Of a DNA stretch of 64,000 nt, positions 48,950-64,000 are shown in pieces. Under the pieces are notes generated by a model. That model was not told the DNA's origin, ran no database searches, and saw nothing but the letters and a program-made list of their open reading frames with translations. The DNA lies in contig CM060731.1 of assembly GCA_030704615.1 (NCBI GenBank), forward strand, positions 38,502,001 through 38,566,000, given 5' to 3'. This DNA is from Takakia lepidozioides. Its lineage: Eukaryota > Plantae > Bryophyta. Both the position numbers and the translations under genes were made by a program. Positions within the stretch are counted from its first letter, which is position 1; each line of letters begins with the position of its first letter.

Positions 48950-49690
48950 GATGGTATCGTCCATCAACCTTCATTTGCCACATCGGGGAAGAGGAAACGG
49001 ATGCTGTTAATATTGAGTGTCAACGGTCTCTTTTGCTACCGGCCACCTCCAACCGGCGGTGAATTGTTTAAGGAGAAATTTTGTTTCAGGAAAGTTACAG
49101 TTCATGTTCCCGAAAGACCTTTTGTGGTTCCCCGGCCTGGAGTCTTGAAGTTTCTCAACCTTGCGTTCATGCATTTTCACGTGACAATCTGGTCATGTGC
49201 TGAAAGACATGTTCTTTGTAGGATGCTCGAGTGCTTAGTTCCTACGAAAATTGCGAAGAAGTTTTGCTTCATCTGGTCAGCTGAGGATTGCAAAGACACT
49301 ACTGGTTACATCATGCCTGGGATGAAATATCTCGTTAAGGATATTCGCACTGTTCTTGCCAAGTACCCTGGTACACCCTTTGCAACGCAGGGACAAATAC
49401 TCCTTGTTGATGATGAGCCATCAAAGGGCCTCCGAAACCCACCAAATATTGGATTCTTCCCTATTCATACAAGCCATCACCAAAAGGATTGGTTGACTAG
49501 GATGATATGACAAAAGCTGTGTGGCCATATATATTGAAAATGACAACAGTTGTAGATTACATCAGCGAGAACCCTGCCAAGTGTTCTCGTAAGCCTATTG
49601 GTCGTGACCATGCCTATTGGGCTTGGTATGGAAGATATGTTGATCCTCGTGTTTGGATCCCACAACAAAAGGAACCTGATTACCTTGGTA
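48950..49690 (+). pseudogene. NIF-type HAD domain (copy 4)
   Basis: Exon after AG at 48949: MLLILSVNGLFC, PRPGVLKFL, VTIWS, WSAEDC, LVKDI, ILLVDDEP..RNP; frameshift near 49460-49510. Confidence 0.75.
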
Positions 49691-50563
49691 TGTACTTATC
49701 CCACTGTTTGTTGTTTATGGAGAATTTGATCTTGAAAGTGTCTTCCACTTGCACTTTTACTTTATCATTTTTTCTACAAATGTTCCACATTTCAGCTGAC
49801 ATTTGTCATATGAAAAATTGTTTTGCCCAGTCACATTCAAGGAGCGAATTCGAAAAGAAGAAGAAGAGCTTCGTGATTGGCAAGAATGGCGGGCTTCCCG
49901 GCGGGCTTCCCGGGCATCAAGAGATTCAACAAGTAGAGTTCCAAGTAACATTTCGGATGATAATGTTACTACTAGGTTCGAGTTCTCCGAAAGTATTTCC
50001 GTTTCATCTGGTGTGGAGACCGTTGCAAGTGGTTGTGGTAACCGGAGGCGTCTTCGAACACATGCCTTGACTGCGAGCCGTTTGGGAGGAGGCTATGTAA
50101 TATTAATGGGTTAGTGTAAGCCGTTGTATGGCTTCGAGCCGCTGGATAACATTAAGTCCAACGGATGTACAGTTGACGTTACATTATGTCTGACTGCAAC
50201 GCCAAAGTTGCAATCTCTAATAAAATATGAATGTTTATCAATGTATGCCGACACATTCTTTCATATCATCCTCTTCATCACATGCCATGATTGTTCTATG
50301 TTTGGTTTTGTATGTCATCTGATATGACAACCATTTTTTGCAAAAAGTTTTATATATCTGACCTCACATCATGGTGTAATTTATTGCATCCTCCCATTTT
50401 TTTCGTGAACGTCAACTTGGCATTGGATGTTCTTCTAAAACCACAATACATACTTATATTGTCTCCAAAAAATGTTTGGAGGATTATATTGTATATAAAA
50501 TAATCAAAATAATCATATATATCGCTTTATTTCAATAATAAATTTTGTTTATTCATATTTCTC

Positions 50564-50664
50564 ATATTATTTCTGGACCAAACAAAAGTCCAGAATTAGT
50601 TAAAATAGTGTTCTAATATTATTTCTGGACCAAACAAAAGTCCAGAATTAATTAAAATAGTGTT
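50564..50664. repeat. Two tandem 52-bp units, each with an 8-bp-stem hairpin
   Basis: ATATTAT-TTCTGGAC-CAAACAAAA-GTCCAGAA-TTA(G/A)TTAAAATAGTGTT at 50564 and 50616. Confidence 0.9.
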
Positions 50665-50759
50665 GTATATAGGCATCACTCATTTATATATCTCTCTTAA
50701 AAAAAAAAAAAATTAACAACTCACTGCAGTATTACTTAAGACTTTGCATCACTACTATG

Positions 50760-51450
50760 TGATATTTTGATGATTGTTTGCATGTCGACAAATGGACCAG
50801 CCACATCGAGGATTTACATCATGCAGAGACACCAGATCACATATGAACACATGATTTGAGATCACCACGCGGGAACCAGTAGACCTGTATAGACCATAAC
50901 TCGTTTGGCAAGACTTAATTTGGATATCCAACAGGTCTTCACATTATGGAACACTCGTGACAACATTTGAAAATGTAAATGTGACATTGTGCCCCCACGC
51001 TCCATTGCAGATAGCCAAGTTGTCAAACACCCGTCTTCAATGAATTTTTGTATTACAGTGAAAGAGACCGATGTCCATATCACAAACGCCGACCCCAACA
51101 GTGCATGAAATTTTGAAGACTTTGGTAGCATTCATATTCTATTTCGTTGGATCATTATTTGGACGACCCCATCCCCTTTTCACGACGTCTTGTTATATGT
51201 ACACTGCAATGCAATCTCCTTAGATGTCTCAGTTCTGCAACCTCAAATTCCTGTTCGAGTTCTAACACATCACAAGACCCTTCGATTTCTAGATCTTCTA
51301 ATGGAGTTATATACAAAGTCTATCTTGATATCTATTCGGTCTCTCAATTCCCATTCTCTCATTGAAATTAGGAATGGATCCCACATGGCAATTGCATGTA
51401 TCGCAAGAGTGGCGATTGCATGCAATTGCCATCTGGGCCCGCATGTAGGC
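50760..51450 (-). mobile_element. Replitron-like HUH endonuclease remnant
   Basis: Across one frameshift: TKVFKISCTVGVGVCDMDIGLF/VIQKFIEDGCLTTWLSAMERGGTMSHLHFQMLSR. ERGG...HLHFQ is the HUH motif; the catalytic Tyr segment appears deleted. Confidence 0.7.
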
Positions 51451-52989
51451 TACGCGCCCACCACCCTGCTCCCCCTCCACTGCATATCTATCCCCATTGG
51501 CCGATTTTCTTTTTCCTTGAGATTGGGATGCATAATATTCATTACATAAACAATTAAATGAATAAATCTTCATACCAATAACTCTCGTATTGTGCTTGAA
51601 CTTTGGAACCAATGCGAATTCCCATTAATCCGCCCAAGAGACCGTTTCGGGTTTTGATGAAGTAGATTTTTCAATATTTTTTTTTTCAGATTTTAAGTTT
51701 ATAATAGTTCCAATACATTTCTGAACACGGCCCACCTTCTAACATTAAAATTAGTGAATTTTACCGAATTATCTGACCCTGCAAGTTTCTTAGAAAACAC
51801 AGGGGTCACGAAATTGGAGTATGCGGGGGGCACGTGGAGTTGACTGTCTAAGTGGCGAGACATAATTTGGCCCATAGTTGGGCTAAGTTTTGTAAATTCT
51901 ACCTTGGATCTAGAATTTGTTTTGACCAGGCTCACTATTGTAGTGCATTCCACTTCCTCACCAAAGGATTGAGTAAAACATCTCCTTATCAACGGGTCAA
52001 TTGTTGGAATGGGCTCACCTTGAATTGCCAAGCTATGGAAGTCATTTTGAACCCCCCCTAAACACATACAAAGGACCGTTCATAAAAAAAAATTGTTGTT
52101 TGGCTTGAAATTTTCATAATAGCTGGCTAAGCACGATACCATACCCATTTTTATGTGGGAGGCAAAAGCAAGGAAAATCAACCCGTCACTCAAATAGCTT
52201 GGTCAAAGCTCAAATTATATACTTTGCAAAATCCAAAAACAAAAGAAACATTAAAATCTCTTTAGTCGTATGGTGAATTTCTCTGCAATTTGTTGAGTTG
52301 ATGTAATGGTAGCAAAGATGAATTTGGCAAGGTTCTTTCTTGGGATGTCACAATGTAGGTGCGTAGCCTCAGTTAATTCGCCAGACGTCAATTTTTTGGG
52401 AGGTGAAATTTGCCCAATTGGCGGGCCCTAAGGGCTAATTTGCTGCCATGCCATGCAAAATAAATAAAGTCAATTATTGTTTAAAAAAGGGCCACTTTGT
52501 TGGCCTGCCTTTGGCTAATAGGGCCAACAATGATCGGTCTATGCCTTCCAAGGGCAGAGTTAAGCCATTGGCCCAAGTGTCCAGTGTCATCTAAGTCCAA
52601 GTGCGTCTCCTATGTCGAGGCCCATGTTTGAAGAATTGAAATCGATATACTTGAAAATGAAGTTGGATGTTTGTTTAGTTACCAAGAATGTGTCGTACAT
52701 GAATGCAACTAATGTTTAAAGAATAAAGTGTAAACATGAGATGTGATTCAGAGATTGGAATTTGGTGAAAAAGTTAAAAGTTATATTAATACTTTTATAT
52801 ATACAATCATATATCGAAGAAACCAATTTTTTTTTTCAGGAATTTATTTAGTAGTAATATATCCATATATCTATGAAAGAGGTTATTTTCTCCTCTCACC
52901 ACAATTAAGGGGCCTGATTTGTGAGCAGTCGCTCCTAGTGTTTCCCTTATATATATATAAATATAGTTAGTTAGTTATTGTTCCAAAAA

Positions 52990-53219
52990 CTTAGCCCACT
53001 TTGCTACTTTTCACGGATTTCCAAAGACCAAAAGTACTTGAAATTCCAAGTGTCCCTCACCGCAGGTCCAAAAAATTATGAGACCGAGGCCATGCACCCG
53101 TCCTTATGGAGGGCTTTCCAACGTTACCAAGCACGGGCCAGGGCTTGGAGATCTCAACGCTATAAAACAAAACAACACTAAACAAACAAAGAAACAAACT
53201 ACCTTGCTACATATATTGA
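52990..53219. repeat. Probable short non-autonomous dispersed repeat upstream of ALDH3
   Basis: GCACCCGTCCTTAT..GAGGGCTTTCCAAC..GGAGATCTCAAC..AAACAAACTACCTTG resembles a repeat I recall from moss genomes. Single copy here, so it cannot be confirmed from this window. Confidence 0.3.
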
Positions 53220-53930
53220 TCTCATGGTTATAATGACCCTTTCTATTGAAAAAAACATCAACAAATTTGGACATGAACAAGCTCAAAAAAGAACCACCAT
53301 TCATGTGGCAGCATGTTCAACTCTTTTGCATCCGGCATGTTGTGGAAAGAGTCATGCTGAGCATTCATACATTCAAAAGTCCAGTTCTTTTCAAGCCTCT
53401 ACAAACTTACAAACAACCAAATGTATTTGCAAGGACTCTTGAACCATCACCATCACCATCACGCTCTCAAACTTCTGCTCAGTAAATCGCTAGACTCCTT
53501 TGCTTGTTTTGTCCAAGCCAAAAATTAGGTGGATCATGATCCGTTATGTGTGATCTGTCAAAAAACCAGCAAAAAGATTGTGAAGCTTTCCAGGAAGAGC
53601 TTGTGATGATGAGGAGTTTGGTGGAAGTGAGTGTTTTTTGGGTCTCCTTTGTGGACGGCAAGGCAGCGGCTACCCGTAACGCCCCCATACCTATAAATAT
53701 TGAAATAGGTGGTCCTGACTCCTGTCACCTCAGACTTGTCTAAGTTTCGAGCCTGCTCTTTCTGCCTGCCCTCTGATAGAGAATCAGAGAGAAAGAGAAG
53801 ATGGGTACCACTCCTGAGTAGCCTTTTCCTCAAACCTCTCATTCTCAAAGCACGGAAGACGTTTGATCTGGGTACAGACAGCGGTGAGAATCACTTTCTG
53901 AAAGACTATAATCAGCTTTCGTAAGGAGCT

Positions 53931-56900
53931 ATGCTAGCCTTAGCTGGCACCCAGCTGCACATACCGTCTCGCGAACTGAGTGGAGAGGAAGGGCCAACTC
54001 GGTTGGATGCAGCTCAAATTGTGAATGACCTCCGAAAAACAATCAAAAGCGGTCATACTAGGAGTGAGGCTTGGAGATTGGAACAACTTAATGGACTTCT
54101 CACATTGGTTACAGAGCAAGAGGAAGAGATAACAAAAGCAATTCTTGAAGACCTTTGCAAGCCGGCCTATGAGACCTACATATCTGAAGTCAGTGTCCAT
54201 CACCTCTTATTTTTCCCTCCTCTTCTTTCTTTTATGGCAACTTCCATGTCACCTTGTCACAATTAACATTGTCTTCTTAACGTGGGGCCCTACACGACAT
54301 TTTGAGTTTCTTCGTATTTTTGAGTATTTCACTAAAGTATTATGAAGATGTCTTATTATTATCTCTGTATAGAAAGGTGGTTGTTTTAGGACAGCCAGCC
54401 TTCTGATAAAGCATTTCAAGTTCCAAAAGCACGGTAGTGGGCTTTCGTTTTGGGGTGAAGTGTTGCTTGTAAATTTCATGACATGTTAGTGGTGGTGTGT
54501 TTACGCTGGATAGATTTTAATGCCGTTCACATAGCAAGTGGGCAGTGTGCCTCTCTCAAAGTTGCAAAGCCAGTGAAGTCACTCTTTAAGTAGAGCTGCA
54601 AATCGGAGTGAAACGTGACATAAAGAGAGTGTTTTGTCATTTCTAGGTGATACTGAGCTGTGTACTCTAGCTTTGTGAAACCATTTTAGGGGTCATTTTG
54701 AATCAGTTAGGAGATTTGTCTAAGGCCGTAGTGTCAGCTCATTGTTTTTACCTTTCCTAGCTCTGATCAAGTTGTGAAAAGGTTGGCGATGGAGATAATA
54801 TTGAGCCATTGCTGATTGTGCAGCTGTCTGTGACGACTAATGCATGCAAGCTGGCCATCAAAGAGCTCAAGAACTGGATGACGCCACAAAAGGTGTGGTG
54901 GTTGATTTGACTAAAATCTTTTGATAATTGCAAAATGCTTTTGGCCAAGGGAACCAAAACATCAAACTATTTTAGGTTTGTTCATGTTAGATTTTGGTTT
55001 CTTCTGTGGTGGCATAGACCAAGTACATATCTGCGTAATTGTACAAGTGGATGTCTATGTCTTGTCCTCAGTTTAGGAATGTTTGTCTTTCTCATTCGTG
55101 TTGAGTCTGTGTCTCTTGGTCTCAAAGAAGACCCTATTGCTCAAGGTTGGTTATTTGTAATATCTGCGAGTAAAGGAATGAAAGGCACGCTGCTTGGGAT
55201 TTGACACAGGTGTCAGGAACACTAGCAACTTACCCATCCTCAGGTGCCATAGTTCCAGAGCCGCTTGGAGTTGCATTGGTGATATCTCCTTGGAATTTTC
55301 CCTTCTGTAAGTTGTTGGGAACCACTATGCTACTGTTATTCTTGACTCCTGAAAATTTGACTCCTTATCACTAGGACTCTTGAAGCTCTATGCTGAGCTC
55401 TCATTCTCTAGGTGTGAATATTATGTTTCCATTATGTATGCACTACCTTGAAATGGGTACAATTTTAGGGCCTGGTTTTTCTTCATGAACGCCATGTTAT
55501 GGATACAACATGCCATGTAGACACTACTTTCCCCTCCGCTGCAGTTGGGACCTTTGGGTTAGGCAACTAGCTATGTGCCAGGTGAGGATGCTGACCTCTG
55601 TTACGGGATTATGTTGCAGTGTTGGCCATGGATCCTATTATAGGGGCTGTTTCTGCTGGTTGTGCGGTGGTCCTGAAGCCATCAGAGCTTGCACCAGCTA
55701 CTTCAGCTCTCCTTGCAAAACTTATTCCGATGTATTTGGACAGGACTGCAATTTGCGTGGTAGAAGGAGCTGTGCCTGAAATTACTGCTTTGCTCGAACA
55801 AAAGTGGGACAAATTTTTTTATACAGGTGGACATGTTGTATTCATGGTTGCCAAAGTCTGACAAATGTGTCACTCTATGGTCTGGTTGTTTTGTTTAATT
55901 GTTTATCAATCTGTTTCTGACTAATTACCATTTCAGAATGTTGTGAGAGCTCTTTAATGAGCTGCCTCTATTGAACTTTTCAGGTAATGCAAGGGTTGGA
56001 AGAATAATAATGGCTGCTGCCTCTAAGCACCTCATTCCAGTGACACTAGAACTTGGTGGGAAGTGCCCAGCATATATGGATTCCACAGTGGATTTGAAGG
56101 TATAGCAGGCTACTGAGTTTATGGGAGCAGAAAGTAAGAGGTGGTCTTCTGTCTCAGAATACTATGAGAGCTGCTTGGGAGGAGTTTGTGGCGCACCGGA
56201 GGTCAGATTTGTTTGAAGATTCTATAGTGGCTCCTAAAACACTATGTAGAACATAAATTTGTTTTGGAACTGATGGTATACTTGGTGTCCATTATGGGCT
56301 AGGTGGCTCTAAAGAGAATTGCTGTGGGAAAATGGGGGAACAACAATGGACAAGCATGTATCTCACCAGATTACTTGTTGGTTGAAGAATCTATTGTGCC
56401 CAAAGTGGTAAGGTCCTGTTTTCAACGTCTTTCATTTTCTGTTCTCTGCCACCCTCACCTTCACCTGCTGATAGCGTCCTTTCATTATGTGGATACTACG
56501 TGAGTACTGGCCCAGGCCTGTGATGGAGTTCCCTAGTGACAGGGGGACTGATACCCCCAAATGCAAACTAATCTGGTTGGTACAGGTATATTTAAACTTG
56601 GGATGGATATCTGTAAACTCCTAGAGGGTTTATAATTTGTGAGGACCACTTTTTTCACATTTGCAAAGGATGGGAAATGTAGACACTTTCATAAGCTTTC
56701 TTTGAATGCAAATGGTGTAAGTTGTACGATGTAGACATGGGGAGATTACTGTTTGTGAACTATTTCTGTGTGGCATCCCTATGCAAGATAGAAGACGCTG
56801 ACTAATTTAGTGTACTTGCACCTCTAGGTTGAGACTCTAAGGAACACTATTGTGGAATTTTTTGGGGAGGATCCACAAACTTCAAAAGACTTGGCACGTG

Positions 56901-59900
56901 TCGTTAATTATCACCACTTTTTGCGGTTGATGGGGCTTCTGGATGATCCTAGGACAAGGGATAAAATTGTACATGGTGGTGAGCGAGATAAGGAGAGTTT
57001 GTGAGTACCTGCCTTTCTATGCACACTTCCATGTGTCTTTGTGGCTGCTCCATACATTCTGGATATCCTGGCCTTGGGATTCATGGGCATCTACTTCAGT
57101 GTAAGGTTTATGGGGATCATTCTCATGAGAATAGGAATTGTGAAGTCAGTCGATTGCTATAGGAGATTACTGGTTCTCATGTTGGGCAAGTGGGTTTTAC
57201 ATTATTGATTGCAGGTATATTGCTCCTACAGTCTTGCTTGACACGAATTTGGATGCCCCCATTATGACTGAGGAGATCTTTGGCCCCTTGCTTCCCATCA
57301 TAACGGTGTCCTCTCTCTCTCTTTATTTTAAACTAAATTTGATTTGATTTGCTTTTGTTTCCATATCCTTTACAGGTTGTGATCTCACAACTGGCTCCAA
57401 TTGTATCGATATCTCGTGGGAAGTGCCTGTGAAGTCATCCGCAAAACATAAGGGCTGGTATGGTGGCATCACCCACCCTTAACCCAAACCCCTCACTTTC
57501 CACTTCCTCGAGGAGTTGATTGAAAAACACTGAAGAGCAGATGGGAGGGGGTACATCCTTGAGCTATACCTTGGTCTATGTCAAAGAATTTAGACTTCTG
57601 TCCATTAACAGTGACACAGCTTTTGGTGTGAGCATACAAGTTATGGACCACTCTCCACATCTTTCCCTTGATCCCAGATGACCAGAGTCAGAGCCATAGA
57701 TCATCCCTCCACTCTGTGTCATTAGTCTTTTTGACATCCAAGAGACAAAAGTGTGTTTCCCTTCTTTTTTCCTTCCCTGGATAATCTGACTTAGAGTGAA
57801 GATATGATCCACACAGCCCCTGTTTCTCCAAAAGCCAGGGCACAGAGAGAAATGAAATGAATGAAATGAAATGGTACTTTATAACGTCCGCGGAAAGCTC
57901 ATAGAGCTTATGGGACAAAATGGAAACATGAGAGAGGAACAAGTCCAGAAACCACAATTAATGTTCTAGTGAATGTCGAAGGGTGAAGGCCTCGTGCAGG
58001 TAGGCTGCCAAGCATTTTTGATCCTCATAGTGGAAGACATCAGTGAGAGTTTGGGTTCCACTGAATAAACAGTGGAATCTCCCACGGATCTCGTAGTATA
58101 GAGGGCAGTAGAAGAAGAAGTGTTCTTCAGTTTCGATTTCCTGGCTGCGCCCTATGCAAGCTGGACATAGGCGGTCCTCCCGTTGCAGGTTTTCCCATCT
58201 GCCAGTCTCTATCCGTAGGTTGTGGGAACCCACCCTGAACCGCCCCAATGCCCTCAGGAGGGAAGGAGATAAGGATGCTGAAAGGTAATTTGGTCTCAAG
58301 ATTCTATTGTCGCAGAGCACCAAGAATGTCTCTCGATAGAAGTGGAGCTTTGTTGTGAGATTGGGTAGCTTCCAAGTTCTCTGGACATGTAATTCCATAA
58401 GCTCTCTCTTAATGAGTCTGTTGCGGTCATGTCTGTACGTGATGTCCACCTCATCTGGATTCATTGGTAATAGGAAAGCAATAGAAAGTCCGTTACGTAG
58501 AAATAAACTGTCCACTCGAGCATACCAGGAGTTCCTGAAACCTGCAGCTTTGAGCCTCATAGATGTTGTGAGGGCCCTTGCCACGAGCGCCTTGGGTGGA
58601 AGGGCCTGTAATCTATGGAGAAAGATTGTAAGCCGGAAGAGGGCCTCGGAGAGAGAGAAAGAGAAAAAGAGAAAAGAGAGAAACTTTGTCACACCTATGG
58701 AGAGCTTATGGGACAGAGCAGAAGGCGCTTGTGGTGGCATATCTGTGTGGAACTTGCATGCCACCTATCGATCTTGTAGCTCTATAACGAGATTACTCAA
58801 AACCAACTACCATCCTTTCGCAGGTGTCACACGGTCACAAACTACAGTATGTTTTGATGAAACTTGCGGATTAATGGTGCAGACTGCAGACTGGGTCTTC
58901 TGGGTCTGTGTCTTTTTGGGTTCTAGGTGGGCTAAGGGTCTTGGATTGAGCATAGTCTGTGAGGTGTCAGCTCCTGGTAAGTATGTCTGGCAAGGGATTT
59001 ATGTCAACCTCAACTACGAGATGCAAAATCCTCCTGAGGGAAAAGGTACTCTCTAGTTGCCATAGTATTCATTTCCAGGGAAATGCTGGATACAGATATG
59101 CTATCATTTTGGTTAATTTGGTAAAAACCTTGGAGGTGGCAACCTGAGGCTTGCACCTCTTCAGTAGTCTCTTGTGATGACATGGCTCTGTCACCCTGTG
59201 GTACTAAAGGTGGCTTGATGACTAGCAAGTGGAGGATATTTTTGACCATTTTTCAATGAATTGCTAATCAAGCAACTTTCGATTATCTGTGGACTAGGTT
59301 AAGGGGGTGGATGAAGCCATAGACATCATTACTGAGCGGTCAAAGCCCCTGGCACTCTATGTCTTCACCACCAACAAGTATGTGGAGCAGAAGATGGTGT
59401 CAGAAGTACCTGCTGGTGGCATGGTGGTGAATGATACTATCTTACATGTCTGTCTTCCTTTAAACTATTTGAAGCCTTTGTGTTTTTTTTTCTGTCTGCA
59501 TGATGGTGGGCAGTGAACTGAAGTCCGTATGATTATTTTTTGTTGATTCTGGAAGCTCTAGATGCATGTTAGTATCTTTTGACATAACTTCTGAAATCTA
59601 CATTGCCCGGAAAATCAGCAGGCCTTCTGTTGGAGGTGACTTCTCTTTGAGAACAGGATCTTATCTTTGGTTTGATGGAGGATTTTTCAAACCCATGTTG
59701 ACAGTGATACTTATCCTTGGCTGATGTGGGACCGTGGTTTCTGCAGTTTCTTGTTCCTGGTCTACCATTTGGAGGAGTTGGGGAGAGTGGGATGGGTGCA
59801 TACCATGGCAAGTTTTCCTTTGACGCTTTCAGTCACAAAAAGGCAGTTTTGTACAGGGGTGTGGGAGAAGATATCTCTGCAAGGTATCCTCCATATACTA

Positions 59901-59956
59901 GGACAAAGCAAAGCATTGTGAGAGGTTTTCTGGCAGGGGACATGGCCTTGTCCTGA
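53931..59956 (+). CDS. ALDH3: Aldehyde dehydrogenase family 3 (ALDH3H/I-like), 10 exons
   Basis: Exons 53931-54188, 54824-54892, 55210-55306, 55620-55826, 55984-56099, 56303-56407, 56828-57000, 57215-57305, 59298-59447, 59747-59956. Motifs [43 protein letters not shown] (catalytic Cys), [15 protein letters not shown]. Confidence 0.95.
57480..57840 (-). mobile_element. LINE reverse transcriptase fragment in ALDH3 intron 8
   Basis: [42 protein letters not shown], with a frameshift and a stop. Confidence 0.8.
57844..58660 (-). mobile_element. 5'-truncated LINE 3' end with a (CATTT)n tail
   Basis: Open frame [35 protein letters not shown] (C-terminal Zn knuckle). Tail gaaatgaaatgaatgaaatgaaatg at 57849-57872. 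Possible TSD AGAGAGAAA at 57844 and 58652. Confidence 0.85.
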
Positions 59957-60958
59957 AAACGTGACTTATGTAGGAGGGTGTCACTGGATGATAAGCTGTT
60001 GAGCTGTTGCCATCCTATAATAGTGTTTCTACAGCATGCAATCACTGTGGAGGATGGATGCCTCGGCGTACTGCATGGAGTCATACTTCAACCCCATAAT
60101 GACACCCATGGCCCCAAAACGCTTTTTAATATTGATGGCTGGAGTCAGTTGGGCGTGGTATATTTTGAACCGAATGATATACTGTAGTACTAGTGTGGCC
60201 TGTGGCGTTGAGCACAGCTTGTACAAGATGACAGTTCACTTTTAAAAGGTCCAAGACTTTGGTATCTATCACCATCTTGCCATGCTCCTTGTATTGTGGA
60301 TGAATTGCCTCTGCAAGAGGTTTTGTGGCAATGTTTCATAACATCTACTAACTGCATACATTACGGAAATTGCTTTCCCCTATATCATTTGTTCTATGAA
60401 GACTGCAGGAATTATAGTATCTCGGCATTAGCACACTTTGACTCTCAGTAATCAGGATTATTTGGTGGCTATGTGTGAGCAATATGGCACTTTCAACTTC
60501 ATTCATATACAGTTTGGAGAGCAGACACTCCATACTTAGCTCTGAGAACTGTAGTTTCTGGGCTTGTCTGCAATGACTGCTCTGATTGTTCTTCGTTTCT
60601 GCTCTATGGACTTGGTTATAGGACTTAATAAGAAGATAACTACACCCAATTTAGAGGCAGTGTTATTTTGTGGTTATCCCTGGGTGGTTTCCCTTCTACA
60701 AGATTATTGTTCCTTGTCTTAGCAAAAAAACTACAGGGCTTCCTTCCCTTTTCAATAAACAAATCCCAAAGCTGGTTTGTTTCCAGCTTGCTATATTGAT
60801 TATATACAGAAGTGTATGTTTACAGAGAGATTGTATCATTTTCTCTGCGTGCATTGTCGATGCGTGAGTGTGATTGCTGAACCAAAAGTTCCGAGTGTCT
60901 GGAAGATCAGAAAAAGAGAGAGATGAGGGTCAGCCTATTGTAAAGCATAATGAAATCA

Positions 60959-63309
<2,351 letters not shown>

Positions 63310-64000
63310 TGTCGCTGCTTATTTGATCCCCCGAGTTTTAGAAATTATCCACGAAGACCACTAGAGAGCCCCACAGAGAAGACTTGGACACGCAGACTTA
63401 CTGATCACTACTTGTTTTCTCTCATAAATTAATATCTAGGATATCTTGACTGTCGATCGCGAGAAAGATAGTCTCTGAAGATGAACAGGGCGATTAGCTG
63501 CTTGCAGCTCCCGAGCATATGGGTTATGCAGCAAGTGACAGGGGCTTCAAGTAGACGTGCTAAGGACGTCTAAAAGAAGGAGAGAGCTAGAAATCCACAG
63601 ACTGTAAGAAGAAGAAGAGAGCTCAAGATGGGAAACGTGTGTATATGGCGGCGTTGGTTTTTGTAGTAAGTACTCACTTCTCGTGATCCTCACGGGGGGC
63701 TACGATCTCATTGGCCAAAGCATAACTAACACTGGAACGTGTCATTGGTCAAAGCAATTCATCTTCTGGTAATCCATGATTTGCCCCAATAGTCTGCAGG
63801 TGGTTAAGTCGGTTTAGAAGTCTAAAACCTCTCACAAAATCTTCACTAACTAACTCATGGACCAACCGGCGACCAGTGGGGGTTTCAATCTACAATCAGA
63901 AACCGATTTGAGTAACATTCAGACTTCAAAAACACGGGGGAAATCTGCCAACAGCAAGTGTATAGAGAAACGAATCTCTGTACTGGTCAGTTTTGGGCAC

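Overview
Eukaryotic plant DNA, most likely a non-seed land plant (inferred from the GT-AG introns, a PLS-type PPR fragment and a Replitron-like remnant). Three host genes flank the window: a Gly-rich At5g11700/At4g32920-like gene (minus strand, runs off the left edge), an ALDH3 aldehyde dehydrogenase (+) and an alpha-tubulin (-). Between them is a ~45 kb nest of mobile elements. (1) A decayed Ty3/Gypsy element carrying a C5-cytosine methyltransferase and a C-terminal PHD finger. (2) An outer gene-rich island with a ParB-like gene, a short peptide resembling the Pol II CTD, four FCP1/NIF-type HAD domains and a recurring 24-bp palindrome. (3) A 6.75 kb CACTA with TIRs and a CAG TSD, inserted in one HAD gene. 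(4) The highlight: an 11.3 kb TIR-bounded element (35497-46811) that splits another HAD ORF. It carries a GCM-DDE-SWIM Mutator-like transposase head-to-head with an intron-containing ParB/Srx + beta-class N4/N6 DNA methyltransferase gene, whose introns hold 11 copies of a 22-bp palindrome. LINE fragments and a Replitron-type HUH remnant are also present. All domain calls come from reading motifs by eye; no searches were run. Many TE ORFs have frameshifts or stops, from decay or sequencing error.
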